A DNA stretch of 64,000 nucleotides, taken from contig JAZKAU010000002.1 of assembly GCA_040388985.1 (NCBI GenBank), forward strand, positions 420,114 through 484,113, in the 5' to 3' direction. Of this stretch, positions 20,270 to 29,963 are shown one piece after another; positions within the stretch are counted from its first letter, which is position 1; the number at the start of each line of letters is the position of its first letter. The notes under the pieces were generated by a model. The model saw nothing but the letters and a program-made list of their open reading frames with translations, had not been told where the DNA came from and did no database searches. This DNA comes from Patescibacteria group bacterium (GTDB lineage Bacteria > Patescibacteriota > Minisyncoccia > Phycocordibacterales > Phycocordibacteraceae). Both the position numbers and the translations under genes were made by a program.

Positions 20270-20342
20270 AGAAGTTGAAATCTCAAGTACACAACGGGCG
20301 CAGCCTTCGGCTGCGCCCGTTGTGTTGTATCCTAGAAGCATC

Positions 20343-20984
20343 ATGACCCATCGGACTTTAATCCCACGCGATCCATGGTGGCATGTAGCGGGCCTCCTAT
20401 CCGGTCTCGCCTTCGCGATGATGCTCGCCTTCGCACGCCTCGACATCGACGAGTTCGCTGCGATTGATCCGCTCGTCTCTCAGCATCTCATCGCGCTCCA
20501 GAATCTAGGGACGGTCGAGATATTCCTCGCGATCACCGTGCTCGGCAGTACGCTCGGCATACTCCTGGTCACGCTTGCCGTGGCGTATTTCCTCAGGCGT
20601 AACCTGAACGCAGTATTCAAGCTCTTCTTCCTCATCATAGGCGCAGGGGCAACTATGGGTATCGCGAAGACCTTCGTTGAGCGCGCGCGTCCTGACGTGC
20701 TGGCGTGGCTCGACCCGCTCTCATCCTTCTCTTTCCCGAGCGGGCACGCGACTCTTACAACCGCGCTCTATGGCTTCATCGCGGTAGAGTCATACCGGCG
20801 CGGGCGTGCGCGTACCGCCAAGAGTATCGGCGTCATCCTGCCGGTCTTCGTCATCATCCTGGTCGCGCTCAGCCGCATGGTGCTCAGCGCGCATTACTTC
20901 ACCGACGTCATTGCCGGAGTCCTGCTCGGCCTCTTCTGGCTCTCGGTCATATATATGCTGCCTCGCATACGTCTCGGTATCTGA
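20343..20984 (+). CDS. PAP2-family membrane phosphatase
   Basis: KTFVERARP, SFPSGHA, SRMVLSAHYFTDV motifs. Confidence 0.92.
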   Translation: MTHRTLIPRDPWWHVAGLLSGLAFAMMLAFARLDIDEFAAIDPLVSQHLIALQNLGTVEIFLAITVLGSTLGILLVTLAVAYFLRRNLNAVFKLFFLIIGAGATMGIAKTFVERARPDVLAWLDPLSSFSFPSGHATLTTALYGFIAVESYRRGRARTAKSIGVILPVFVIILVALSRMVLSAHYFTDVIAGVLLGLFWLSVIYMLPRIRLGI

Positions 20985-21077
20985 AGAAAAGCTTATTGAT
21001 ACCTCTTCGCACTATCCCCACCTAACCTTCATACCCGCTCTGGTATAAGGAGGTATAGCCTCTAACCTACTATCCCC

Positions 21078-21629
21078 ATGAATACCTACAATCTGCTCGC
21101 CATCTCCGGCAGTCTCCGTGAGAAGTCATATAACACGATGCTCGCGCATGCCTTCAAGGCGCTTGCGCCCGAAGGCGTCGATATCACGATAGCTGACATC
21201 AGTACGCTGCCTCTCTTCAATCAGGACCTGGAAGCAGACTTCCCGAAAGAGGCGAGCGACCTCAAGGCGCTCATATCAGGCGCTGATGGCATACTCGTCA
21301 TAACGCCTGAATACAACCGCGGCGTGCCGGGCGTCCTCAAGAACGCCATCGACTGGACGAGCCGTCCGTACGGGCAAGGCGCCTGGAACGGCAAGCCGGT
21401 ATTTGTCGCAGGAGCGTCTGTGGGTGCGGTAGGTACTGCACTCTCGCAAGCAAGCCTGCGCCAGTCGATGCTCTTCATGGGCGCGCTCGTGCTCGGACAG
21501 CCGGAATTCTATCTCGGCTCCGCACAGGATAAGTTTGCCGAGGACGGTACGCTCACGGACGAGAGTACGAAAGAGCATATCCGGGGCGCACTTTCCGCTT
21601 TCACGGCATTCATAGACAAGCTTCGATAG
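21078..21629 (+). CDS. NADPH-dependent FMN reductase
   Basis: SGSLREKSYN, TPEYNRGVPGVLKNAIDW. Confidence 0.93.
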   Translation: MNTYNLLAISGSLREKSYNTMLAHAFKALAPEGVDITIADISTLPLFNQDLEADFPKEASDLKALISGADGILVITPEYNRGVPGVLKNAIDWTSRPYGQGAWNGKPVFVAGASVGAVGTALSQASLRQSMLFMGALVLGQPEFYLGSAQDKFAEDGTLTDESTKEHIRGALSAFTAFIDKLR

Positions 21630-21703
21630 GAACACCGGTGCGAACCACACATGCCTCACGGCGCGCGGCATGTGTGGTTCCTAGCATGATCTTGCCCGAC
21701 CCA

Positions 21704-22753
21704 CTACTTGGCTTCCTTTGAATCCTGCGGCGCGTATATCGACAGAAGACCGATAAGCAGGCTCACGGTGAGCGGTCCCAAGAATACGCCGGCCGCGCCG
21801 AAGAGCGCGATGCCGCCGAGCACGGAAAGCAGGATGAGGAGAGGGTGGATGCTCGCGCGGCCTCCGACCAGCCGCGGATTGAGGAAGTTATCGATAAAGA
21901 CGACGACTATGACGCTCCAGATAAGTAGGCCGATGCCATGCACGGTGTGGCCCGCGACGAAGAGATAGATGATGGTCGGTATGAGCACGAGTGACGTGCC
22001 GACACCCGGAACGAGCGCCGCAAAGCCCGCCATGGTGCCCCACAGCAGGGCATTGGGTACGCCAAATATGGTGAAGCTCACGCAGGCAAGCACGCCTTGC
22101 AAGAAGGCCATGGTCAGGTGCCCCTTCACGACGGAGTCGACCGTGTGAGCCAGTCGGGTCAGCAGCGTGTCGGTCTCCTCATCGGTAAGTGGGGAGAGGC
22201 GCAGCAAGGCCGCATGCGTCGCATGCTCTTCCTTCAGGAAATAGTAGAGCGCCATGAGGAATATGAAGAAGTCTAGGAGAACTTCGAGAACGCGAGAGAA
22301 TGCGTCAGCTGCATGCGCGAGCAGCCAGGCAAGTGCCTGACGAGAATACCCTCGAACGTTCTGCGGGATGTTGCGGATGTAGTCGCCGGACCCTGGTGCC
22401 TTCCGGTCAAACGCGTCTGCCACGTGATCGGCCGCGCCTTGGATACGGACCAGGCTCGCCGGAGCCGCGACGGAAGAATAGACGTTCTGAGTCTGCGAGA
22501 AAAGTTCGATGCTGATGAAACTCACGGGCACCATGATGCATATCAGGCCGATAAGTAGTGAGAAGAAGGCCACGAGACCTCGCCACCGCGGCATCGCGCG
22601 CAGAAGGCGCTTGAAAAGAGGACGAAGGATGACGGAGAATATGGCGGCTAGCGCGAGCGCGACCAGGAACGGTCGGAAAAGCGAGAAGGTGAGCACGAGC
22701 ATGACCAGGATGACGGACGTCAGGAAGTACGGACGGATAGAGGCGTGATTCAT
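21704..22753 (-). CDS. AI-2E family transporter
   Basis: Multiple TMs, IDNFLNPRLVG...IHPLLILLSVLGG...GVFLGP. Confidence 0.9.
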   Translation of the reverse strand: MNHASIRPYFLTSVILVMLVLTFSLFRPFLVALALAAIFSVILRPLFKRLLRAMPRWRGLVAFFSLLIGLICIMVPVSFISIELFSQTQNVYSSVAAPASLVRIQGAADHVADAFDRKAPGSGDYIRNIPQNVRGYSRQALAWLLAHAADAFSRVLEVLLDFFIFLMALYYFLKEEHATHAALLRLSPLTDEETDTLLTRLAHTVDSVVKGHLTMAFLQGVLACVSFTIFGVPNALLWGTMAGFAALVPGVGTSLVLIPTIIYLFVAGHTVHGIGLLIWSVIVVVFIDNFLNPRLVGGRASIHPLLILLSVLGGIALFGAAGVFLGPLTVSLLIGLLSIYAPQDSKEAK

Positions 22754-22913
22754 AGGAGAAGCATAGCCTGAAGGGCCTCGCAAAGCGAGGCCCTTCAGCC
22801 GCGTTGGTACTATCCACACTTATCTCTCGAATGGTCTTCCGTCCGATTTGCGACGCTATACTTATAGATGATAGGGCCGAGCGCCTGTATCAATCTAGTA
22901 ACCTCAATTCATT

Positions 22914-23309
22914 ATGGCTAAAAAGATTGCCGTGCTGTTCGGTGTCATCTTCGTACTCGTGGGAATCCTGGGCTTCATCCCGAACCCGCTCGTAGGCCCG
23001 ACCGGTCTCTTTGACACGGATACGGTGCATAACCTGATTCACCTCATCTTCGGTGTGATCTTGCTCATCGTCGCGATGTCTTCTCCGATGAAGTCCGCGC
23101 TCTGGCTGAAGATCCTCGGCATCGTATATCTGCTCCTCGCCATCATCGGCTTCCTGACCGTTCCGGATGGCGGTTCGCTGCTTGGCATCGCGATGACGAA
23201 TATGGCTGATCATTGGCTCCATATCGTCCTCGGTATCGTGCTTCTGGTCGCTGGCGTTGTTTCGAACAAGCCATCTGCACCAGCTCCTGTGCCTCCGACC
23301 TCGATGTAA
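22914..23309 (+). CDS. DUF4383-like membrane protein
   Basis: VGILGFIP, HNLIHLIFG, ADHWLHIVLG. Confidence 0.8.
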   Translation: MAKKIAVLFGVIFVLVGILGFIPNPLVGPTGLFDTDTVHNLIHLIFGVILLIVAMSSPMKSALWLKILGIVYLLLAIIGFLTVPDGGSLLGIAMTNMADHWLHIVLGIVLLVAGVVSNKPSAPAPVPPTSM

Positions 23310-23427
23310 TACCTGTTCGAGCATAGGTGAAAGAGCGCAGGGGCCTTCGGCCCCTGCGCTCTTTTCTACTTCGTATGAAAACAGTTGCCGAACAACAAGG
23401 TTGTTCGGCGGGCGGAAAGAGAGAGAA

Positions 23428-23667
23428 TTACGGAAGGGAAGAGAGAGGTATCGAGGGAGCTTGCGGGAGCGAAAGAGAGGGATGGGATGAAAGCGAAACG
23501 GATGCGCTTCCTGCCGATCCAGCTAATTGTGCTGCGGCGTCTGCAGAGATGCGGGCGCCATGCAAGAACGATACGGCGGTCTGTTCACCTTCGGAAAGAA
23601 CGGAGGGAATCATGAGTCTGAGGATAATAAGAAGTATCCCGAAACCTATGGCGCGGAAGATAGGCAT
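23428..23667 (-). CDS. Small hypothetical membrane protein
   Basis: MPIFRAIGFGILLIILRLMIP hydrophobic N-terminus. Confidence 0.5.
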   Translation of the reverse strand: MPIFRAIGFGILLIILRLMIPSVLSEGEQTAVSFLHGARISADAAAQLAGSAGSASVSLSSHPSLSLPQAPSIPLSSLP

Positions 23668-23857
23668 ACGAGTAGGATTACGGTAGTAAGTCGCATGAGT
23701 CAGGCTCATAACGACGGAACAAGTGCGTGTTCCCAGTCGATGCATCTCTCCCTCCACTTCTTATAACTACGTTTTTCCGGGAAGGTTGCAATCCAGCATC
23801 CCTTATCCCCCTACCCTTCATGAAGGGATTACCACCCATAGGTGCTACTATCCGGGT

Positions 23858-24589
23858 ATGAAAGATACTACCTGGCACTCATTTATGGATAATCAGTTCG
23901 TGCGTCTTGCGGTCGTCCTCGGGCTCGCGCTTATCGTAACTGCCGTCATAGCAGCCGGAGTCGCGATAACGTTCCTGAATCAGCACAATACCGTTACGTC
24001 CTCAGGAGTCGCTCGAACTACCGTCCAGGCGGATTCCGCCTATCTTCTCGTTACCATCTCAACCGACTCGGCAGATGGCTCGGATAGTGGCGCGAATAAG
24101 AAGCTCGAAGCTGATACCAAGACCGTCACGGCATTCCTGGGGAAGCATGACGTACTCGATATGGAAATGACGGTCGAGCCCATTACCACGACCAATTCAT
24201 ACGAGGGAAGCAACGCAAGCGCTCGCGACATACAGATACGTTCGAGCCGCGTTTCCGATATGGCTGCGCTCGCCGGAGCCCTCTCGACCCTCTCAGTTGC
24301 GGGAGAAACTATCAGCGTCAGTACGCCGGAATACTATTACACGAAGATTCCTGAGCTACAGATTACCTTGGCAGGAGAAGCGCTCGCAAGTGCGCAAGCA
24401 CAGGCAAAGGCCATCGCACGCCAGAGCGGCCACTCGCTCGGCAGTCTCCAATCTTCGAGTTCGCGCGATCCGATCATACAGATACCGAATACGGAGGGTT
24501 CGTACTCGTACAACAGTAACGCTAACGAAATCAACATGATACAGAAGGAAGTCGTCATGACCGTGGATGCGACGTTCTATCTTAAGTAG
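23858..24589 (+). CDS. SIMPL (DUF541) domain protein
   Basis: TM anchor, TVTSSGVA..VQADSA, ALASAQAQAKAIA...LGSL, C-terminal VDATFYL. Confidence 0.8.
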   Translation: MKDTTWHSFMDNQFVRLAVVLGLALIVTAVIAAGVAITFLNQHNTVTSSGVARTTVQADSAYLLVTISTDSADGSDSGANKKLEADTKTVTAFLGKHDVLDMEMTVEPITTTNSYEGSNASARDIQIRSSRVSDMAALAGALSTLSVAGETISVSTPEYYYTKIPELQITLAGEALASAQAQAKAIARQSGHSLGSLQSSSSRDPIIQIPNTEGSYSYNSNANEINMIQKEVVMTVDATFYLK

Positions 24590-24676
24590 CTGATATGCAA
24601 GGTAAGAGGCGGCCCCCATGGGGCCGCCTCTTACCTTTTTATTGAATGACCTTGTGCATACGGGTCGAGCGATATC

Positions 24677-24706
24677 TTGACAAAAGAGCATATATAGTAG
24701 TATAAT
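24677..24706 (+). promoter_or_regulatory. Consensus sigma70 promoter
   Basis: TTGACA-18-TATAAT upstream of two small ORFs with SD sequences. Confidence 0.7.
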
Positions 24707-24735
24707 ACACACAGGAAATCAAAGGAGAGATTCCG

Positions 24736-24936
24736 ATGTATAGCGGTCGTGAGTACCGGTCAGATCTCAAGCGAGCCTGGAAGCCGGTAGGGAAATCGAT
24801 CGCAGTCTTCGGGAAATCTCTCTCGCTACGCGATCCTTTCAATTCGTTCATGCCGTGCTGCCTGATGGTCGTCCGGTTGGTATGGTTTTTCTTTCAGCTC
24901 GCGTTCTTCACCGTTCGCAAGCTGCGCAACCCTTAG
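24736..24936 (+). CDS. Small hypothetical protein
   Basis: AAGGAGA SD, directly after a consensus promoter. Confidence 0.5.
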   Translation: MYSGREYRSDLKRAWKPVGKSIAVFGKSLSLRDPFNSFMPCCLMVVRLVWFFFQLAFFTVRKLRNP

Positions 24937-24947
24937 GGAGGGAATCA

Positions 24948-25220
24948 ATGACTCATCTACTCCAACTCCTGCTCCGGATATTTCTCGGGACATGGCGCCG
25001 TGTCCTGGGGACGACAATTCTCGTTCTCCTCCATGTCCTTTTCCCGGAGCAGGCAAAGATCGCATGGGGGAATGTCTTGGACGTGATCGGCTACATCTTC
25101 GCCCGGTTCTTTGCTGTTATCGTTGAGGCTCTGGGACCGAGTGCCCCGGGACTCACCGGTATCGCGGTTGCGCTCGGGGCCATCTGGTTCGTGTTCCGCA
25201 AGCTCAAGCAGCAGAAGTAG
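24948..25220 (+). CDS. Small hypothetical membrane protein
   Basis: GGAGGG SD before ATG 24948; hydrophobic helices; downstream hairpin. Confidence 0.55.
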   Translation: MTHLLQLLLRIFLGTWRRVLGTTILVLLHVLFPEQAKIAWGNVLDVIGYIFARFFAVIVEALGPSAPGLTGIAVALGAIWFVFRKLKQQK

Positions 25221-25296
25221 GGAAGAGGCGCGCGGTTACTGATCTTTCTGTCCGTTCACAAGCTCCACGCCAATCCGGGTGTGGAGCTTTTAGGTT

Positions 25297-25686
25297 TTAT
25301 GATTGCTTCTCGAAATCGAGACAGACGGAGTTAATGCAATATCGCTTGCCGCCCTTGTCAGCAGGTCCGTCATCGAAGACGTGACCCAGGTGGCTGCCGC
25401 AGTTCTTGCAGAAGACTTCGGTGCGCCGCATGCCGTGCGTGTCGTCGCTGCGAAGACCTACGTTCTCTGCGACGGCTGGGTCCGTGAACGACGGCCAGCC
25501 GCTTTTCGAGTCGAATTTCGCATCAGAGCTGAAGAGGGCAGTGCCGCAGACCTTGCAATGATACATACCGTCCTCGTGATTATTCACGTATTCTCCTTTG
25601 AAAGGCGCTTCCGTGCCGCCTTCGCGTAGCACCTGATATTCTTCGGGCGTAAGCCGTTTCTTGAGTTCTTCCTCGTTCATTTCCAT
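25297..25686 (-). CDS. msrB: Peptide-methionine (R)-S-oxide reductase
   Basis: GTEAPF, CKVC, GWPSF, HLGHVFDDGP, RYCINS. Confidence 0.97.
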   Translation of the reverse strand: MEMNEEELKKRLTPEEYQVLREGGTEAPFKGEYVNNHEDGMYHCKVCGTALFSSDAKFDSKSGWPSFTDPAVAENVGLRSDDTHGMRRTEVFCKNCGSHLGHVFDDGPADKGGKRYCINSVCLDFEKQS

Positions 25687-25768
25687 GAATACAGTATACC
25701 ACCGGTCCTTTCTAGCGCCCGCGTCACGTCATGGACATCAAGAACTCAGGCAGTAGAATATAGAGACT

Positions 25769-26218
25769 ATGAGCCGAACGACTCTTCTCATCTCCATACT
25801 CGTACTTTCTTTCCTGGGACTTGCTGATGCTATCTATCTTGCGCACAGCGCACTCACGGGTTCAGCGCTCGCCTGCGGTATCACTGCGCTCGACGGGTGC
25901 AATGTCGTCGCGCAGAGCGCGTATTCACGGCTCTTCGGCATTCCTCTTGCCGTCTATGGCGTGGTCTTCTATACGTTCCTGCTCGCGCTTTCCGGCCTAC
26001 TGCTCGTCGTCTCTCGCCGGCATTTCTATCACGCATTATTCGTCGTCGCCATCCTCGGCATCCTCTCCTCGATATATTTCATCGCCTTGCAGATCTTCGT
26101 CATAAAGGCGCTCTGCATATACTGTCTCGGTTCCTTCCTTATCGCGCTACTTATCTTCCTGTGTGCGTATACGTTCTATCGGTCGCATTTGCCGCGGCAC
26201 TCGGTGCCCGCGCTATAA
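25769..26218 (+). CDS. Vitamin K epoxide reductase (VKOR) family protein
   Basis: Loop Cys pair (ACG...GCNVV.QSAYS), GIPLA, CIYC active site. Confidence 0.92.
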   Translation: MSRTTLLISILVLSFLGLADAIYLAHSALTGSALACGITALDGCNVVAQSAYSRLFGIPLAVYGVVFYTFLLALSGLLLVVSRRHFYHALFVVAILGILSSIYFIALQIFVIKALCIYCLGSFLIALLIFLCAYTFYRSHLPRHSVPAL

Positions 26219-26225
26219 TCTCGGT

Positions 26226-27410
26226 ATGATACGAACACTCCGCACGCTTTCGTTCCTCTTCCTTCTCGTAGGGTTAGTGACGCCCGGAGCAGGTTCGCAT
26301 GCGCATGCGGCGCAGGGGACGACGAGCGGTGCGACGACCACCTCACCTAACATCTACATCGCCGATACGCAGGTCGTCATCTCGACTCCCGTATCCGCTG
26401 ACCTTTCGGCGCTCGGTGGTTCCATCGATGTCTATGCGCCGGTCGCAGGTAATGTGCTCGCGCTCGGCGGCACGGTGCTGGTGGAGAAGCCAGTGGAGCA
26501 TAGCGTCCGGGCGGCGGGCGGACGCGTTATCGTGAGCGGGAGCGCAGGTGGCGACGTCGCAACTGCCGGCGGCTCTGTTACTATCACCGGCACGTCTTCA
26601 AATATCTTCGCGCTCGGCGGTACCGTGAATTCGACTGGCGGCTCCACGGGCGACGTAACGCTCTATGGCGCGAACGTGAACCTTGCGGGAACGTATGGTG
26701 GCAATGTCACGGTCATCGCCTCCAACCGCTTCACGCTTGGGGACGAAACGCATATCAAGGGCAATCTCCGGTATAACGCGCCGCAGCAGATTGTCGTTCC
26801 GGCCGGAAGCAGCATTGCGGGAGCGGTAACGTACACCGGCTCATACTCCTATGTCCCAACGAACGAAGAAGCGCGACGCTATGCAGTGGCCGGAGCAGGC
26901 ATTTTCTTCATCGTTCGGGTACTGGCGGGCATGATAGTGGCGGGACTCATCGCTGGGCTGTTCCCGCAATTTGCGAACGCCGTCATCGACTTCGTAGTTC
27001 CGCGCGGAGCAAGGCGTATCGTGCTTTCGGGACTCCTCGGCTTCGCGCTCTTCGTCGCGACGCCTATCTTGATATTGCTCCTCTTCATCTCATTCGTGGG
27101 CGCGGGCCTGGCCTTCGTCTTCGGACCGCTCTATCTCCTCCTTGCACTGCTCGCCTATGTGTTTGCCGGCATACTCGTGGGCGCTGTCCTGCGGAAATTC
27201 GTACTCTTCCGACTGCGCGGATATACGCTATTCACCTGGAAGGACGCCGTGATCGGAACTATCGTCCTTCACCTTATCGCCCTGATTCCCGTAGTCGGGC
27301 TCATACTCACGCTTCTGCTCACCGCTATCTCTGCGGGCAGCATCGCAGCGCTTAGCTACGGCTTTGCCTTCCGCGCGCGTGATACGTATAGCAGCGACTC
27401 ACTTGCCTAA
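26226..27410 (+). CDS. Membrane protein with N-terminal beta-solenoid (bactofilin-like GG-V repeats) and C-terminal TM bundle
   Basis: Signal peptide, repeated ALGG.V.V units, several TMs. Confidence 0.7.
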   Translation: MIRTLRTLSFLFLLVGLVTPGAGSHAHAAQGTTSGATTTSPNIYIADTQVVISTPVSADLSALGGSIDVYAPVAGNVLALGGTVLVEKPVEHSVRAAGGRVIVSGSAGGDVATAGGSVTITGTSSNIFALGGTVNSTGGSTGDVTLYGANVNLAGTYGGNVTVIASNRFTLGDETHIKGNLRYNAPQQIVVPAGSSIAGAVTYTGSYSYVPTNEEARRYAVAGAGIFFIVRVLAGMIVAGLIAGLFPQFANAVIDFVVPRGARRIVLSGLLGFALFVATPILILLLFISFVGAGLAFVFGPLYLLLALLAYVFAGILVGAVLRKFVLFRLRGYTLFTWKDAVIGTIVLHLIALIPVVGLILTLLLTAISAGSIAALSYGFAFRARDTYSSDSLA

Positions 27411-27411
27411 T

Positions 27412-27879
27412 ATGATGCCAATAATCGGACAGCACGCCCCTGACTTCACGCTTCTCGATCAGGATGGCGCCACGCGTACGCTCGAGGAATATCGCGGTCG
27501 CTACGTCCTTCTCTACTTCTATCCGAAAGATGATACTCCCGGCTGCACGAAGGAAGCCTGTGCCATTCGCGACGCCTTTCCGGATTTTACAGGCGCAAGC
27601 GCCGTCGTACTCGGCATCTCGCCTGATAGCGTGAAGAGCCATAAGAAGTTTACAGAGAAATACGAATTACCGTTTACGCTCCTGGCCGATGAGGGACATG
27701 CAATTGCAGATATGTATGGCGTATGGGGAAGGAAGAAGTTCATGGGGAAAGAGTATGATGGCGTCTTCCGCACATCATTTCTCATAGCGCCTGACGGCAC
27801 GATCGCCAAAGTCTACGAGAGCGTGAAGCCGGAGCTCCACGCAGCTGAAGTGCTCAAGGACCTGCAAGAACTATCATGA
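27412..27879 (+). CDS. bcp: Thioredoxin-dependent peroxiredoxin Bcp
   Basis: YFYPKDDTPGCTKEAC. Confidence 0.95.
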   Translation: MMPIIGQHAPDFTLLDQDGATRTLEEYRGRYVLLYFYPKDDTPGCTKEACAIRDAFPDFTGASAVVLGISPDSVKSHKKFTEKYELPFTLLADEGHAIADMYGVWGRKKFMGKEYDGVFRTSFLIAPDGTIAKVYESVKPELHAAEVLKDLQELS

Positions 27880-28583
27880 CGTCGTTGCCCGTGCTGAGCA
27901 CCCCCGGATTACCTCCAGGCACAAGCACCCAGGAAGAACGCACACAACGCGCGGGGAAGATGGTCGCCTATCTGAAGCATGCGTATCCGGTGCCTTCGAC
28001 AGAGTTGCATTACCAGACTCCATTCCAGCTGGTGGTTGCCGTCATGCTCTCGGCGCAATGTACAGATAAGAAGGTGAACCAGGTGACAGATACGCTCTAT
28101 AAGAAATACAAGAACATAGAAGATTTTGCAGATGCCGATTGGGATACGCTTACCGAGGAAACGCAAGGCATCACCTTCCACAGGACGAAGACCAAGCACG
28201 TAATCGCGGCAGCGAAGCTGCTGCGGGATGAATTCGCGGGTACGGTGCCGCAGACAGAAGCAGAGCTCGTACGCCTTCCGGGTGTCGCGTACAAGACCGC
28301 GCATGTCATCATGGGCGAGCTCTATCAGATATGGGAGGGCATCCCGACCGATACGCACGTCAGGCGTTTCGCGTTACGGTTCGATCTCACCGGCAATACC
28401 GAGCTTACGAAGATATCAAAAGACTTGGAGGCGCTCATTCCAAAAGCTGACTGGAAATATGTAAATAACGGCCTCGTGCTCTACGGCCGGTATGTGTGCC
28501 CGGCGCGTCCGCATGACTGCGACGAGCATCCTCTGACCAAGATATGGCCGCCAGCAGCCCATCGCTGGCCGAAGGCGAAGTAG
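27876..28583 (+). CDS. nth: Endonuclease III
   Basis: LSAQCTD, HhH LPGVAYKTA, PTDTHV. Confidence 0.9.
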   Translation: MTSLPVLSTPGLPPGTSTQEERTQRAGKMVAYLKHAYPVPSTELHYQTPFQLVVAVMLSAQCTDKKVNQVTDTLYKKYKNIEDFADADWDTLTEETQGITFHRTKTKHVIAAAKLLRDEFAGTVPQTEAELVRLPGVAYKTAHVIMGELYQIWEGIPTDTHVRRFALRFDLTGNTELTKISKDLEALIPKADWKYVNNGLVLYGRYVCPARPHDCDEHPLTKIWPPAAHRWPKAK

Positions 28584-28584
28584 C

Positions 28585-28613
28585 TTGACTGAAAGGGAGG
28601 ATACAGATATAGT
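28585..28613 (+). promoter_or_regulatory. Sigma70 promoter of the candidate 6S RNA
   Basis: TTGACT-17-TATAGT. Confidence 0.7.
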
Positions 28614-28618
28614 CTGTA

Positions 28619-28819
28619 TGTTCTCGGCTCTCAGGAATGACGCGAGGAGCACATTAGGCGGATCAAGTTGCTGATATCCAGGTTCGGTTTCCGATTAGCT
28701 ACCGGAAAATCAATGAGCGGCGTCGACGATATATATCGACATCGATCAAAGAACCTGCGGGCCCATTAGCACGCGATCTTAACATGAAGCGACATGCGTC
28801 ATTCCTAGAGTCGAGGACA
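28619..28819 (+). ncRNA. ssrS: Probable 6S RNA
   Basis: About 200-nt rod: closing stem TGTTCTCGGCTCTCAGGAATGACGC/GCGTCATTCCTAGAGTCGAGGACA, central bubble, inner helices TGCTGAT/ATTAGCA and CAGGTTC/GAACCTG; own promoter and terminator. Confidence 0.65.
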
Positions 28820-28843
28820 CGAGTTCTTTCTTTTGCAGATTAT

Positions 28844-28871
28844 GGCACTTCCAATCCGGGGAGTGTCTTTT
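28844..28871 (+). terminator. Intrinsic terminator after the candidate 6S RNA
   Basis: GGCACTTCC...GGGAGTGTC followed by a T-tract. Confidence 0.6.
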
Positions 28872-28901
28872 GCTTTTATGGGGAAGATGTACCATAGAGA
28901 T

Positions 28902-29594
28902 ATGGAAGGGAAGCGGCCGGTAGCAGTGTTCGATATCGACGGGACGGTCTTTCGCTCGAGCTTGCTCATCGAGCTCGTTGACCGGCTTATCTTGCGTGAC
29001 GTCTTCCCCGAGACCGCTCGTACGGTTTATGAACGCGCGCAGGAAGAGTGGCTTGATCGTAAAGGCGACTATGAGGCATACGTCAAGAAGGTCGTCATGG
29101 CGTTCTTGAAACATATAAAAGGACTTCCGTACGGCGAAGTCGCGGATATCGCGGGAGAGATAATTGAAGAGATGCATAATCGAACCTATCGGTATACGCG
29201 CGACCTCATTCAAGAACTGAAGGGAAAGGGATACTTCATGCTTGCGGTCTCGCATTCGCCCAAGTTCATCGTGGATGGTTTCGCATACGAGCTCGGGTTT
29301 CATAAGTCGTACGGCACGTTCTTCGCAACAGGGGCTTCTGGTCGCTTCACGGGCGAGATAGAGGATGAACATATCATCATGAATAAGGCCACGACTCTAA
29401 ATCGAGCAATCGAGAAGGAGAATCTGACGCTCATCGGCTCGGTAGGGGTGGGTGACACGGAGAGCGATATCTCCATGCTGTCGCTAGTTGCAGAACCCAT
29501 TGCCTTCAATCCGAACCGTGTTCTCTATCGACATGCGCAACAAAATAACTGGAAGACGGTCGTCGAGCGCAAGGACGTGATATACGAGATTTGA
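28902..29594 (+). CDS. HAD-superfamily hydrolase (subfamily IB)
   Basis: FDIDGT, VSHSP, GDTESD..ML, NP motifs. Confidence 0.9.
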   Translation: MEGKRPVAVFDIDGTVFRSSLLIELVDRLILRDVFPETARTVYERAQEEWLDRKGDYEAYVKKVVMAFLKHIKGLPYGEVADIAGEIIEEMHNRTYRYTRDLIQELKGKGYFMLAVSHSPKFIVDGFAYELGFHKSYGTFFATGASGRFTGEIEDEHIIMNKATTLNRAIEKENLTLIGSVGVGDTESDISMLSLVAEPIAFNPNRVLYRHAQQNNWKTVVERKDVIYEI

Positions 29595-29606
29595 TATACT
29601 GGATAT

Positions 29607-29852
29607 ATGAAAAAGCTTACGCGCAGCAGGGATAATCGGGTGATCTGGGGCGTGCTCGGGGGAGTCGGCGAATACTTCAATATCGACCCCGTTATATGCC
29701 GTCTCATCTTCATACTCCTCACGCTTCCAAGCGGGCTCGTTCCAGGCATCCTTATCTACATCGTGGCGACCATCATCATTCCTGAAGAGCCGCTCGCCGT
29801 ACCCAACAACAAACCTGCATCGGGTACGACCACTAACGATGAGGCTGTGTAA
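29607..29852 (+). CDS. PspC domain protein
   Basis: KKLTRSRDNRVIWGVLGGVGEYFNIDP..CR. Confidence 0.9.
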   Translation: MKKLTRSRDNRVIWGVLGGVGEYFNIDPVICRLIFILLTLPSGLVPGILIYIVATIIIPEEPLAVPNNKPASGTTTNDEAV

Positions 29853-29963
29853 AAACGCCAAATGCAAGGCGCTGAGGAGTGAAAGGCCGAGTCGTACTCA
29901 GGCGTACGGTGAGGCCTTGAACGACGAGAGCAACGCAGCAGTTGGTGGAATTTACGCAGTCTC
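29841..29963 (-). repeat. Dispersed hairpin repeat family A, copy 3 (reverse)
   Basis: GAGGCTGTGTAAA/TTTACGCAGTCTC stem; TGCAAGGCGC, CGTACTCAGGCGTACGG, GCAACGCAGCAG. Confidence 0.9.
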
